Shown piece after piece: positions 9,625-18,706 of a stretch of DNA of 64,000 nucleotides (positions are counted from its first letter, which is position 1; every line of letters begins with the position of its first letter). Under the pieces are notes generated by a model. The model was not told the DNA's origin and did not search any database. It saw only the letters and a program-made list of their open reading frames with translations. Location: NCBI GenBank assembly GCA_963718525.1, contig OY970355.1, positions 2,016,001 through 2,080,000 of the forward strand. The letters are read 5' to 3'. Source of the stretch: Candidatus Dormiibacterota bacterium. GTDB taxonomy: Bacteria > Chloroflexota > Dormibacteria > Aeolococcales > Aeolococcaceae. Both the position numbers and the translations under genes were made by a program.

Positions 9625-10752
9625 CTAGGCCTCTGACCAGCTGACAATCAACGCGTCGAGCGTCGCCACATCGAGCGGCCCGTCATCGCCGCGACGCTTC
9701 ACCTCGGCCGTCAGGCTGCGCAACCGGTCGTCGTCAAGCCGGACGCCGAGCGCGGTGGCCCGATTCCCGATCGCATGGCGGCCGGCGAGCCGGTGGCCCG
9801 CAAGGATGCTGCGCTCACGTCCAAAACGAGCGGGGTCCAGCACCTCATAGGCGCCGGGATCGAGCAGCACGGCCTTTGTGTGCATCCCGGCCTTGTGGTG
9901 GAACGCGGTCGGAGCGGTGACCGCCGCATTGAACGGGACAGCGATCCCGAGCATCTCCGCGAGCATCGCGTCGAGCTCGGGCAGCAGTTCGAGCCGGTAG
10001 TGATCGACCAGCTCGGGTTGGAGGGTCACCAGCCTCGCCATCATCGCGGAGAGCGGAACGATGCCATTGCGCTCCCCGATGCCGAGGATGGTCGTGTCGA
10101 TGTGGGTGGCCCCGGCCTCGAGTGCCGCGAGCGCGTTCGCCACCGCGCATCCCGTGTCGTCGTGGGCGTGAAACTCGATGTCGCAGCCGACATTCCGCCG
10201 GACCAGGGACACGAGATCGTGGACCTGGGGGGGAGTCGCGACCCCGACGGTGTCGGCGAGGCCGACACGGTCCACGCCCGCGCGGTCGATCGCGCGATAG
10301 ATGCGAACCAGGTCGTCGGGGTCGGATCGAAACGAATCCTCGGTGCTGAACCGCGCTTCGCGGCCGGCGCCGCGGATCTCGCCGATCACGGCTGTCCCGA
10401 CGTCGATGATCTCGTCGATGCTCATCCCGTGAGAGACGGGCCGGAGCCGGGACGATGTCGCGATCAGGACGTCGACGCCATCGACGCCGGTATCCACGGC
10501 GAGTCTCGCGTCGTCGAGATTGCATCGAACGTGGGTCAGGAGGCGGAAGCGCCGCTCGGTCCGTGCGAGCTCGCGAAGGTCCGACTCGGATTGCGGTGAC
10601 GCGACCGGCGACGTGAGCTCCATGTAATCGGCGCCGAATCGGTCGAGCGCCGCCGCGATGGCGAGCTTCTGCTCAATCGTGAAATGGGCGAGCGCGAACT
10701 GCTCGCCCTCACGGAGCGTGCTGTCGATGATCTGAAACGAGGTGATGCTCAT
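9625..10752 (-). CDS. Homocitrate synthase
   Basis: DSTLREGEQF, FSTEDSFRS, HAHDD, GIGERNG and HKAGMH; first gene of the lys operon. Confidence 0.93.
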   Translation of the reverse strand: MSITSFQIIDSTLREGEQFALAHFTIEQKLAIAAALDRFGADYMELTSPVASPQSESDLRELARTERRFRLLTHVRCNLDDARLAVDTGVDGVDVLIATSSRLRPVSHGMSIDEIIDVGTAVIGEIRGAGREARFSTEDSFRSDPDDLVRIYRAIDRAGVDRVGLADTVGVATPPQVHDLVSLVRRNVGCDIEFHAHDDTGCAVANALAALEAGATHIDTTILGIGERNGIVPLSAMMARLVTLQPELVDHYRLELLPELDAMLAEMLGIAVPFNAAVTAPTAFHHKAGMHTKAVLLDPGAYEVLDPARFGRERSILAGHRLAGRHAIGNRATALGVRLDDDRLRSLTAEVKRRGDDGPLDVATLDALIVSWSEA

Positions 10753-10775
10753 GTTTTCCGTTTGTGGTGGTGGAC

Positions 10776-10808
10776 AAAAGAAAGAGCCCCTTCGAGGAAG
10801 GGGCTCTT
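10776..10808 (-). terminator. Intrinsic terminator of the lys leader (attenuator)
   Basis: 12-bp stem (10782-10793 with 10797-10808) followed on the minus strand by TCTTTT, about 25 nt before the hcs ATG. Confidence 0.85.
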
Positions 10809-10841
10809 CGCGGAATCTGATCCGGTGCTACCTGGTCGCCG

Positions 10842-10919
10842 TCACCTCATCCGTGCGCAAAAGAACCCACTCCTCGGGAGCGAGACGGCTTTTTTGGCGA
10901 CGCGAACGGCTGTCGGCAT
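10842..10919 (-). CDS. Putative lysine attenuator leader peptide, 25 aa
   Basis: MPTAVRVAKKAVSLPRSGFFCARMR with tandem AAA AAA codons at 10890-10895; overlaps the antiterminator strand. Confidence 0.75.
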   Translation of the reverse strand: MPTAVRVAKKAVSLPRSGFFCARMR

Positions 10920-11013
10920 GACCGGTGGAGCGTACCAGCGTTCGATTCTTCGCGTCAACCACCTATCCTTTCGCAACCCCATGCAGAACGCAACGGCGAT
11001 CTCCTGACACCCT

Positions 11014-12063
11014 GTGTCGAAGTTCCTCCGTGCATCACTCGGCGCGGATTTTGGATACACGCCGGGCGAGCAACCCATGGATTCCGGCGGCTGGTTGAAG
11101 CTCAACAGCAACGAGTCACCGCTGCCTCCTTCGCCGTCTGTGGCGGCTGCGGTGGCCGCAGCGGCGGCCGGTCTGGCGCGATACCCCAGTCCTGTCGCAG
11201 AGCCTCTTCGGAGCGCGCTCGCCGGCCTGCACGGTGTCGATCCGGAGCAGGTGTTCGTCGCCAATGGCGCCGACCAGGTCCTCGATTGCTGTTTTCGCGC
11301 CTTTGCCTCGCCGGGTGACGCGGTCGTGCGCACCGAGCCGGGATACTCGCTGCTTCCTGTGCTCGCAGCGCTGTTCTCGACCCGCGATGTCGCGGTTGTC
11401 CTCAGTCCCGACGGCTCGATCCCAGCCGAGTTCGCTGTCCATCCTGCGGTGTTGCGGGTCGTCGTCAACCCGAATTCGCCCACCGGGAACTGGATTGAGC
11501 CGTCGATCCTGGAGGCGAACCTCGAGGGCGCTCCGGGAGTCGTCGCGATCGACGAGGCGTATTGCGATTTCGCACCCGCTTCGTGCGTGCCGCTGCTTCC
11601 CGCCAACGAGAACTGGCTGGTGATCCGCACCCTTTCGAAGTCCCATGCGCTGGCGGGACTTCGCGTCGGGTACGCGCTCGGCGATCGCGCGGTGATCGCC
11701 GACCTCAACGCGGTACGCGATTCGTATCCTGTCGATCGCTGCGCCATCGCCGGAGCGATCGCCGCCATCGAGGATCGCGAACACCACCGCTTGATCGTTG
11801 ACACGGTGCTTCGCGAGCGCGCGCGCCTGAGCGGCCATCTTCGTGCAATCGGTTGGAAGGTGGAGCCGTCATATGCGAATTTCGTGCTGACGTCGCCGCC
11901 ACCGGGAATCACCGCGGCAGCGGCCGCGGCGAGGCTGCGAGAGGTGCGGATCCTCGTCCGTCACTTCACGGTTCCAGGCCTCGACAACACCCTCCGGATC
12001 ACCATCGGGGATGGCCCGGCGACTGATCACCTGCTCGCCGCAATCTCAAGCCTGGGCGGGTGA
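11014..12063 (+). CDS. hisC: Histidinol-phosphate aminotransferase
   Basis: KLNSNESP, NPNSPTG, DEAY and RTLSK...GLRVGY. Confidence 0.93.
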   Translation: MSKFLRASLGADFGYTPGEQPMDSGGWLKLNSNESPLPPSPSVAAAVAAAAAGLARYPSPVAEPLRSALAGLHGVDPEQVFVANGADQVLDCCFRAFASPGDAVVRTEPGYSLLPVLAALFSTRDVAVVLSPDGSIPAEFAVHPAVLRVVVNPNSPTGNWIEPSILEANLEGAPGVVAIDEAYCDFAPASCVPLLPANENWLVIRTLSKSHALAGLRVGYALGDRAVIADLNAVRDSYPVDRCAIAGAIAAIEDREHHRLIVDTVLRERARLSGHLRAIGWKVEPSYANFVLTSPPPGITAAAAAARLREVRILVRHFTVPGLDNTLRITIGDGPATDHLLAAISSLGG

Positions 12064-12090
12064 ATTCAGAGTGGCACGTAGAATCCGCGC

Positions 12091-13338
12091 ATGACAGGCC
12101 TCGACGCGCTGCCACCGGGCGCATCGGTTCGGCGGCGCGCCGATGGCTTCAGCGACTACCTCGTCGGGCCCGCGGCGCGCCGCCGGATCCTCACCGATCG
12201 GTTCATCGAGACCTTCGAGGCATGGGGCTACGGGTTCATGGTCACCCCGCTCATCGAACCGCTCGACACCATCGCCGCGGGCGTGGGTGGTGCCCAGCAA
12301 TCGGCCCTGTTCCGATTCATGGATTCGGACGGCGCGCTGCTGGCGCTCGTGGGCGAACGCACCGTGAGTGTCGCTCGCGTGGTCGCAACCCAGCTGCAGG
12401 AAGGCCCGTTCCCGCTGCGGCTCTGCTATGCGGGGTCGGTGCTGCGCAACCAGGCGCCCGATGGAGGACGGCGCCGCGAGAGCCTCCAGGCGGGCTGCGA
12501 GCTGATCGGCGCGGGAGGTCTGGCCGCCGACGCCGAGTGCATCGCCCTCGCGGCGGCCGCGCTCGAGCACGGCGGCATGGACCACATCCAGGTGGATGTC
12601 GGCCACGCGGATTTCATCCCGGGTCTGCTGGACTCGGCGGGATTGGACCCCGTCGCGCGCGAGGAGGTGCTGGCCGCCCTCGCCCGGCGCGATCTGGTTG
12701 CGGTCGAATCCGCGCTGGAAGGCACCGAAGCAGCGGACGCAGAACGGCGCCTGCTGCTTGCGTTTCCGACGCTTCGCGGCGGGCGCGAAATTCTCGAGAC
12801 TGCGGCCGGCGGACTCCGCGGCGATCGGCCGCACCGCGCCCTGCAGGAGCTCGCTCAGCTCTGGGATCTGTTGGATGCGCATGCCATCACCGACCGGGTG
12901 CATCTCGACCTCGGTGCCGTCCGCGACTGGGGGTACTACACCGGACCGACGTTCGAGGTGTTCAGCGACAACTCGGGCTTCGCCCTCGGTTCGGGAGGAC
13001 GGTACGACACGCTGCTGTCTCGATTCGGCACAGCACTCCCGGCGACCGGCTTTGTCCTCCATGTTGACCGCTGCCACGACAGCATCGCTCGTCGCGCGGG
13101 GACCGTTGCGGGGTCCGGTGCGCTGCAGGTCAGCTGGGACAACCACGCGCATGGTGAGGCGCTCGAATTGGCGCGCCGTCTGCGCACCCGCGGAGTCGCC
13201 TGTGCGTGTGACCTCGACGCAGGCGGTGACGGTGCTGTCCGCGTGTCGGCCTCGGGTGTGCGCTGGTCGAGCTTCGGGCGCGATGAACTCGGCACCGTCG
13301 ACGCTGCGGTGGCCGCACTGGTGTCGCGGCTATCGTGA
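12091..13338 (+). CDS. hisZ: ATP phosphoribosyltransferase regulatory subunit
   Basis: HisRS-like: RESLQAGCELIG, YYTG, GGRYD; adjacent to short hisG. Confidence 0.9.
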   Translation: MTGLDALPPGASVRRRADGFSDYLVGPAARRRILTDRFIETFEAWGYGFMVTPLIEPLDTIAAGVGGAQQSALFRFMDSDGALLALVGERTVSVARVVATQLQEGPFPLRLCYAGSVLRNQAPDGGRRRESLQAGCELIGAGGLAADAECIALAAAALEHGGMDHIQVDVGHADFIPGLLDSAGLDPVAREEVLAALARRDLVAVESALEGTEAADAERRLLLAFPTLRGGREILETAAGGLRGDRPHRALQELAQLWDLLDAHAITDRVHLDLGAVRDWGYYTGPTFEVFSDNSGFALGSGGRYDTLLSRFGTALPATGFVLHVDRCHDSIARRAGTVAGSGALQVSWDNHAHGEALELARRLRTRGVACACDLDAGGDGAVRVSASGVRWSSFGRDELGTVDAAVAALVSRLS

Positions 13339-13988
13339 AAGGTCTGCGTGTCGCGCTCCCGGGTGGAACGCTGTTCGATGCCGCCTGCAGTCTCTTGAAT
13401 GCTGCGGGGATCGCACGCCTCGATCCGGCGCGGTTCGACCGGGAGCTGAGCGTTCGAGACGGGGACGACACCTACGTGAAGGTACGGCCGACGGACGTGC
13501 CCGTATACGTGGAGATGGGTGGCTGCGAGTGCGGCATCGTCGGCAAGGACGTGCTCTGGGAGAGCAGCCGCGAGTGCTATGAGCTCGCCGACCTCGGCTT
13601 CGGTCAGTGCCGCCTCGTGCTCGCCGCGCCCCGCAACTCGGCGCTCGCGCAGGGAGCGTGGCCGCAGTCACTGCGGGTGGCCACCAAGTACCCCGAGTCG
13701 GCGCGGCGCTTCTTCGCCGCGCGCTCGCTCAACGTCGTGGTCATCCGCCTGCACGGGTCCGTCGAGCTCGCGCCGCTGACGGGCCTGGCCGATTGTGTGC
13801 TCGACATCACCGCGACCGGACGGACGCTGGCCGCAAACAACCTCGTCGAGATCGTCGAGGCGGGAGCGTCGACCGCTCGGTTCATCGCCAACCATGCAGC
13901 GCTCAAGACGCGCAACGAGTCGGTGGCGGCAATCGCCGTCGCGCTGAGGAGTGCCGCGGCAGAACGCCTCACCAAGGGAGCCGCGTGA
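13335..13988 (+). CDS. hisG: ATP phosphoribosyltransferase, short form
   Basis: RPTDVPVYV, GIVGKDVL, VATKYP and GSVELAP. Confidence 0.93.
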   Translation: MKGLRVALPGGTLFDAACSLLNAAGIARLDPARFDRELSVRDGDDTYVKVRPTDVPVYVEMGGCECGIVGKDVLWESSRECYELADLGFGQCRLVLAAPRNSALAQGAWPQSLRVATKYPESARRFFAARSLNVVVIRLHGSVELAPLTGLADCVLDITATGRTLAANNLVEIVEAGASTARFIANHAALKTRNESVAAIAVALRSAAAERLTKGAA

Positions 13989-15328
13989 GCATCGAGCTGG
14001 CGCGCCTCGACCCTGCGCAATTCCGAGCAGTCATCGTCGAGCGCCGGCGCGAGGGCTTCTCCGCGTCCGACATCGACGCGGCGAGCTCGGAACGCCTCGA
14101 GCAACTCTTCCACCGCCCGATCGGCGCTCGTGATGCGGTGCGCGAGATCATCGCCGACGTCCGAACCGGTGGCGACGCCGCGCTCCGCGAGTGGACCTAC
14201 CGGATCGACGGCGTCGATGTCGAGGTGGCGCATGTCGAACCCGCGGCGATGGAGGCGGCGTGGCGTGGACTCGAGCAGCCGCTTCGCAACGCGCTCGCCG
14301 CCGCTGCTGAGCGGCTGCGCGAATTCCATGCCCTGCAGGTGGACGTGCTCGATCGCGGGGCGGGTGGAGCGTGGCTCCGTCCCGTGCCACTCGGACGAGT
14401 CGGCTGCTACGTTCCCGGAGGCCGCGCAGCCTATCCCAGCACCGTCCTCATGTCGGTGATCCCGGCGCAGGTTGCGGGCGTCGAGCACATCGTGGTCACG
14501 AGCCCGCCGGCACCATCTGGTGGGGTTCATCCGCTGGTTGCGGCGGCGGCGCATCTGCTCGGGGTGCGCGATGTCGTCGCCGCGGGCGGGGCGCAGGCCA
14601 TCGCCGCGCTCGCCTTCGGCACCGAGAGCATCGAGCAGGTCGACAAGATCGTGGGACCCGGCAATGCTTTCGTGACGCTCGCAAAGCACGAGGTATTCGG
14701 AGCCGTCGGCATCGACCAGCTCGCGGGGCCGAGCGAAATTGTGGTCATCGCCACCGACGGCGCCGACGCGGAGATGGTCGCCGCAGACCTTGTGTCGCAG
14801 CTCGAGCATGATCCGCTCGCGTGGGCGGTCTGCCTCACCGACGATGGCGTGCTCGGCAACTCGATCGCGGCGGCGTTTGGCGAAGTGGCCGGCGACGCGG
14901 CGAGACGCGCCATCATCGCCGCGGCCGCGGGCAGGCATGCAGCGGTGGTGCGTTGCGAATCACCGGAGGAGATGGTCACGCTGGCCGCCGCATTCGCCCC
15001 CGAGCACCTGTCGCTCCAGGGCAGGGTTGCCGAATCGCTGCGTGACTCCGTGCGCAACGCGGGTGCGGTCTTCGTGGGGTCGATGTCCCCGGTGAGCATC
15101 GGAGATTACATTGCGGGACCGAACCACACGTTGCCAACCCAGGGCGCAGCGCGATATCGCGGCCCCCTGGCGGTGATGGACTTCATCCGGTGGCCGAGCG
15201 TGGTCCATCTCTCGGACGTGGAGTTCGACGCGCTGGCGCCGGTGGCGATCTGCCTCGCCGAGGCCGAGGGACTGGCCGCTCATGAGGCGGCGCTTCGGGC
15301 GCGCATGCGCGTCCGGCAGCAGTCATGA
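13985..15328 (+). CDS. hisD: Histidinol dehydrogenase
   Basis: YVPGGRAAYPS, GPGN, AGPSE, QLEHD and GDYIAGPNHTLPT. Confidence 0.95.
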   Translation: MSIELARLDPAQFRAVIVERRREGFSASDIDAASSERLEQLFHRPIGARDAVREIIADVRTGGDAALREWTYRIDGVDVEVAHVEPAAMEAAWRGLEQPLRNALAAAAERLREFHALQVDVLDRGAGGAWLRPVPLGRVGCYVPGGRAAYPSTVLMSVIPAQVAGVEHIVVTSPPAPSGGVHPLVAAAAHLLGVRDVVAAGGAQAIAALAFGTESIEQVDKIVGPGNAFVTLAKHEVFGAVGIDQLAGPSEIVVIATDGADAEMVAADLVSQLEHDPLAWAVCLTDDGVLGNSIAAAFGEVAGDAARRAIIAAAAGRHAAVVRCESPEEMVTLAAAFAPEHLSLQGRVAESLRDSVRNAGAVFVGSMSPVSIGDYIAGPNHTLPTQGAARYRGPLAVMDFIRWPSVVHLSDVEFDALAPVAICLAEAEGLAAHEAALRARMRVRQQS

Positions 15329-15915
15329 CGGCAGCGATGCGGACGGCCACAAAGCGGCGTGACACTCGTGAGACGCAGATCAGCGCACGCGTGAACATCG
15401 ATGGCGCAGGCGCTGCCGCGATCACGCTCCCGCTGCCCTTCTTCAAGCACATGATCGAGGCCTTCACCAAATACAGCGGCATGGACGTGACGCTCGACGG
15501 CGCCGGCGACATCGAGGTCGATGCGCATCACCTCGTTGAGGATGCCGGGCTCGTGCTGGGTGCGACCGTGAGCGAAGCGCTCGGCGACCGCGACGGCATC
15601 CGACGGTTCGGAGAAGCGCATGCGCCGCTGGACGAGTCACTGGTGCGCTGCGCGGTCGACTACGGACGGCGCCCGCACGTGGTGTACGCGATGGATCAGC
15701 TGCGCGGACGCATCAACGATTTCGACGTCGAGGTCATCTCCGAGTTCATCAAGGGATATGCTCAGGCCGCGGGCGCGACGATCCACGTGGACTGCATTCG
15801 AGGCGACAATCCCCACCACATCGCGGAGGCCGCCTTCAAGGCGCTCGGCCTCGCCACGCGCCAGGCATTTCAGGTGATCGGCGGCGGCGTCCCATCGACG
15901 AAGGGCACGCTGTGA
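15325..15915 (+). CDS. hisB: Imidazoleglycerol-phosphate dehydratase (monofunctional)
   Basis: RDTRETQI, DAHHLVED, NPHHIAEAAFKA and PSTKG. Confidence 0.95.
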   Translation: MTAAMRTATKRRDTRETQISARVNIDGAGAAAITLPLPFFKHMIEAFTKYSGMDVTLDGAGDIEVDAHHLVEDAGLVLGATVSEALGDRDGIRRFGEAHAPLDESLVRCAVDYGRRPHVVYAMDQLRGRINDFDVEVISEFIKGYAQAAGATIHVDCIRGDNPHHIAEAAFKALGLATRQAFQVIGGGVPSTKGTL

Positions 15916-16556
15916 TGGCGCGAGTCGGCATCTGCGACTACGGCGTCGGCAATCTGCGCAGCGTGGAGCGTGCGCTCCGCGTTGCCGGCGCAGAGCCGGT
16001 GATCAGCAGCGACGCGGACGTGATCGTTGCGTGCGACGGTGTGGTGCTTCCCGGAGTCGGCGCATTCTCTGTCGCCGCACGGGCGCTGGCGGAGACCGGG
16101 CTTGGCGACGCGGTGCGTGAGTTGGCGCGCCTCGAGCGGCCGGTCCTCGGCGTGTGCCTCGGCCATCAGCTGCTGTTCGAGAGCAGCGACGAAGGGCATG
16201 GCGGCGAGGGGCTCGCGCTGCTTCGCGGACGCGTCGTGAAGCTCTCGGCGGCCAACGGGCTCAAGGTGCCGCACATGGGTTGGAACACCGTCACGACCGT
16301 GCGAGCATCGAGCCTGCTGAAGGGAATCGCGTCGGGCTCGTACATGTACTTCGTGCACTCGTACAGCGCGGTTCCCGCGCCGGACGACATCCTGGCGATC
16401 ACGGAGTATGGAGCGGAGCTCGCGGCCGCGGTCGAGCGCGGCGCGGTCATGGGGACCCAGTTCCACCCCGAGAAGAGTGGGGAGGCAGGATTGCGCATCT
16501 ACGCGAACTTCGTCTCGCTGTGCGGCGTGCGCGTGCCGGCGCAGCGCGCCGGATGA
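15915..16556 (+). CDS. hisH: Imidazole glycerol phosphate synthase glutaminase subunit
   Basis: DYGVGNLRSV, PGVG, GVCLG and QFHPEKS. Confidence 0.95.
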   Translation: MARVGICDYGVGNLRSVERALRVAGAEPVISSDADVIVACDGVVLPGVGAFSVAARALAETGLGDAVRELARLERPVLGVCLGHQLLFESSDEGHGGEGLALLRGRVVKLSAANGLKVPHMGWNTVTTVRASSLLKGIASGSYMYFVHSYSAVPAPDDILAITEYGAELAAAVERGAVMGTQFHPEKSGEAGLRIYANFVSLCGVRVPAQRAG

Positions 16557-16559
16557 TCC

Positions 16560-17294
16560 ATGGACGTCATTCCTGCCGTTGACGTGCAGGGGGGCCGTTG
16601 CGTACGGCTCCGTCAGGGCGAACATGTGCGAGCGACGGTCTATGCCGATGATCCGCTGGTTGCGGCGCAGCGGTTCATCGCCGCGGGTGCCACTCGAATG
16701 CATGTGGTCGACCTGGACGCCGCTCGAGGTTTTCCGGTGGAGCGGAGTGTCGCCGCCGTCACGCGGATCGTTGCCGCGTGTGTGGCGGCGGGCTGCGCGG
16801 TGCAGGTCGGCGGGGGCATTCGCAATGTCGATGCCGCGACCCGCTGGCTCGACGCCGGAGTCTCGCTCGTCATCCTGGGGAGCGTGGCGGCGCGAGACCC
16901 GGCCCTCGCGCGCACGATCTGCGACATCGCACATGGCCGGGTTCTGCTCGGACTGGATGTTCGCGCCGGGGTCGCTCGAGTTGAGGGGTGGACCGAGGAC
17001 GGCTCCACTCCGGCGGAGCTGCTTCGGGCGTGGCGGACCTGGCCCGCCGCGGGGGTCGTGTATACGGACACGACCCGAGATGGGCTGCTGGCAGGCCCGG
17101 ATCTCGACGGGCTCCGGACATGTCTCGAGCTGTATGGGGGACCGGTGATCGAATCCGGCGGCATCGGCAGCCTGGAAGACATCAGCGCGTGTGCCGCCGC
17201 CGGGGCTTCCGGTGTCATCATCGGCAAGGCGCTGTACGAAGGTCGAATCGACTTCGCGAGCGCGCTTCGCGCCGGTGGAAACGAGGGCCGATGA
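16560..17294 (+). CDS. hisA: ProFAR isomerase
   Basis: IPAVD, HVVDLD, QVGGGIR and SGGIG. Confidence 0.93.
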   Translation: MDVIPAVDVQGGRCVRLRQGEHVRATVYADDPLVAAQRFIAAGATRMHVVDLDAARGFPVERSVAAVTRIVAACVAAGCAVQVGGGIRNVDAATRWLDAGVSLVILGSVAARDPALARTICDIAHGRVLLGLDVRAGVARVEGWTEDGSTPAELLRAWRTWPAAGVVYTDTTRDGLLAGPDLDGLRTCLELYGGPVIESGGIGSLEDISACAAAGASGVIIGKALYEGRIDFASALRAGGNEGR

Positions 17295-18049
17295 CCCTCG
17301 CCAAGCGTGTCATTCCATGCCTCGACGTCATCGCGGGGCGCGTGATGAAGGGAGTCGCGTTCGTCGACCTGCGCGACGCCGGTGATCCTGCGGAGCTCGC
17401 GGCTCGCTATGACCAGGACGGCGCGGACGAGCTCGTCTTCCTCGACATCACGGCGTCGAGCGACGGCCGCGCCATCCTTCTTGACGCAGTGCAGCGTACT
17501 GCCGACCGGGTCTTCATCCCGCTCACCGTCGGGGGCGGCGTGCGCACGATGGCCGACATCGACGTGCTCCTCCGCGCGGGTGCGGACAAGGTGTCCATCA
17601 ACACCGCGGCGCTCGACGAGCCGAAACTCATCGAGGACGCCGCCAATCGATTCGGCCGCCAGTGTGTCGTGATCGCCATCGATGCGAGACAGACCGAGTC
17701 GGGCCACGAGGTCTATTCCCACGGCGGTCGCCGCGCCACCGGCCGAGCCGCGGTGGCATGGGCGCGGGAGGCCGCCGAGCGAGGCGCCGGCGAGATCCTG
17801 CTCACGTCGATGGACCGCGACGGGACCAAGCATGGGTACGACCTGGAGCTGACGGCAGCGGTCACCGCCGCTGTGACCATCCCGGTCATCGCCAGCGGTG
17901 GCGCCGGCAACCCCGAGCACTTGCGAAGCGTCCTGAGCGACGCGGGCGCCGCCGCCGCACTTGCCGCGTCCATCTTCCATTTCGACGCGCACCCGGTACC
18001 GGCGACCAAGCGATATCTGCACGAGCACGGCATTGAGGTGCGGTTGTGA
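17291..18049 (+). CDS. hisF: Imidazole glycerol phosphate synthase cyclase subunit
   Basis: [22 protein letters not shown] and TSMDRDGT. Confidence 0.96.
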   Translation: MTLAKRVIPCLDVIAGRVMKGVAFVDLRDAGDPAELAARYDQDGADELVFLDITASSDGRAILLDAVQRTADRVFIPLTVGGGVRTMADIDVLLRAGADKVSINTAALDEPKLIEDAANRFGRQCVVIAIDARQTESGHEVYSHGGRRATGRAAVAWAREAAERGAGEILLTSMDRDGTKHGYDLELTAAVTAAVTIPVIASGGAGNPEHLRSVLSDAGAAAALAASIFHFDAHPVPATKRYLHEHGIEVRL

Positions 18050-18387
18050 GCGACGCTCAGCAGCCGCGCTTCGGGGAGGATGGGCTGATCACGGCGGTCG
18101 TGCAGGACGCGACGACTGCCGATGTGCTGATGGTCGCCCACATGAATCGAGAGGCGTGGGACGCGACGCTGCGGACACATCGCGCGACGTTCTTCAGCCG
18201 CTCGCGACAGCGCCTGTGGGAAAAGGGCGAGACGAGCGGGAACACCATGCATGTGCGAGCGGTTCGCATTGACTGCGACGGTGATGCGGTGCTGCTGCAG
18301 GTCGACGCGGATGGCCCTGCGTGTCATACGGGCGAGCGCTCGTGCTTCTTCACCGAGGTCAGTGACGTGCAGCGACCGAGTCCCTGA
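18046..18387 (+). CDS. hisI: Phosphoribosyl-AMP cyclohydrolase (no HisE domain)
   Basis: [20 protein letters not shown] and [10 protein letters not shown]. Confidence 0.95.
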   Translation: MSDAQQPRFGEDGLITAVVQDATTADVLMVAHMNREAWDATLRTHRATFFSRSRQRLWEKGETSGNTMHVRAVRIDCDGDAVLLQVDADGPACHTGERSCFFTEVSDVQRPSP

Positions 18388-18396
18388 ATACGAAAG

Positions 18397-18426
18397 TTGA
18401 CTCACGCAGTGGAGATTCCGTAGGAT
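18397..18426 (+). promoter_or_regulatory. Sigma70-type promoter for the cys leader/operon
   Basis: TTGACT-18 nt-TAGGAT. Confidence 0.6.
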
Positions 18427-18436
18427 GGCCAACCAG

Positions 18437-18526
18437 ATGAACGGCGCGGATCTCCCTACGCTGACTCGGCGTTTCTGGCTCGACTGGGGACGTTTCCGCT
18501 CGGGCATCGCATTCTGTAGCAGCTAG
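18437..18526 (+). CDS. Putative cis-regulatory leader peptide upstream of sulfite reductase
   Basis: MNGADLPTLTRRFWLDWGRFRSGIAFCSS (alternative ATG at 18425); resembles LTRRxxxDxxRxxSxxC leaders. Confidence 0.6.
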   Translation: MNGADLPTLTRRFWLDWGRFRSGIAFCSS

Positions 18527-18706
18527 TACTCCGTGTTGAGGCGCCGGGGTGCCTCGCCGGCGAGCCGCGGCAACCGTGCCGCTCCCAAGCAGTACAAGCC
18601 AAGACGCGCGATTTCGCCGCGCGTCAACACCAGGTCACAACAGAACAGCAATGCCCGGGACACCGAGCCGTTTCCGACCGCTCACCGGCGTGGAGTCGCG
18701 CTGACC

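Noticed and set aside
10812-10850. T-box or lysine riboswitch upstream of hcs (GGTAGCACC resembles the T-box bulge)
   Set aside because: The bulge reads UAG rather than UGG and there is no room for stem I; the leader-peptide model explains the region better.
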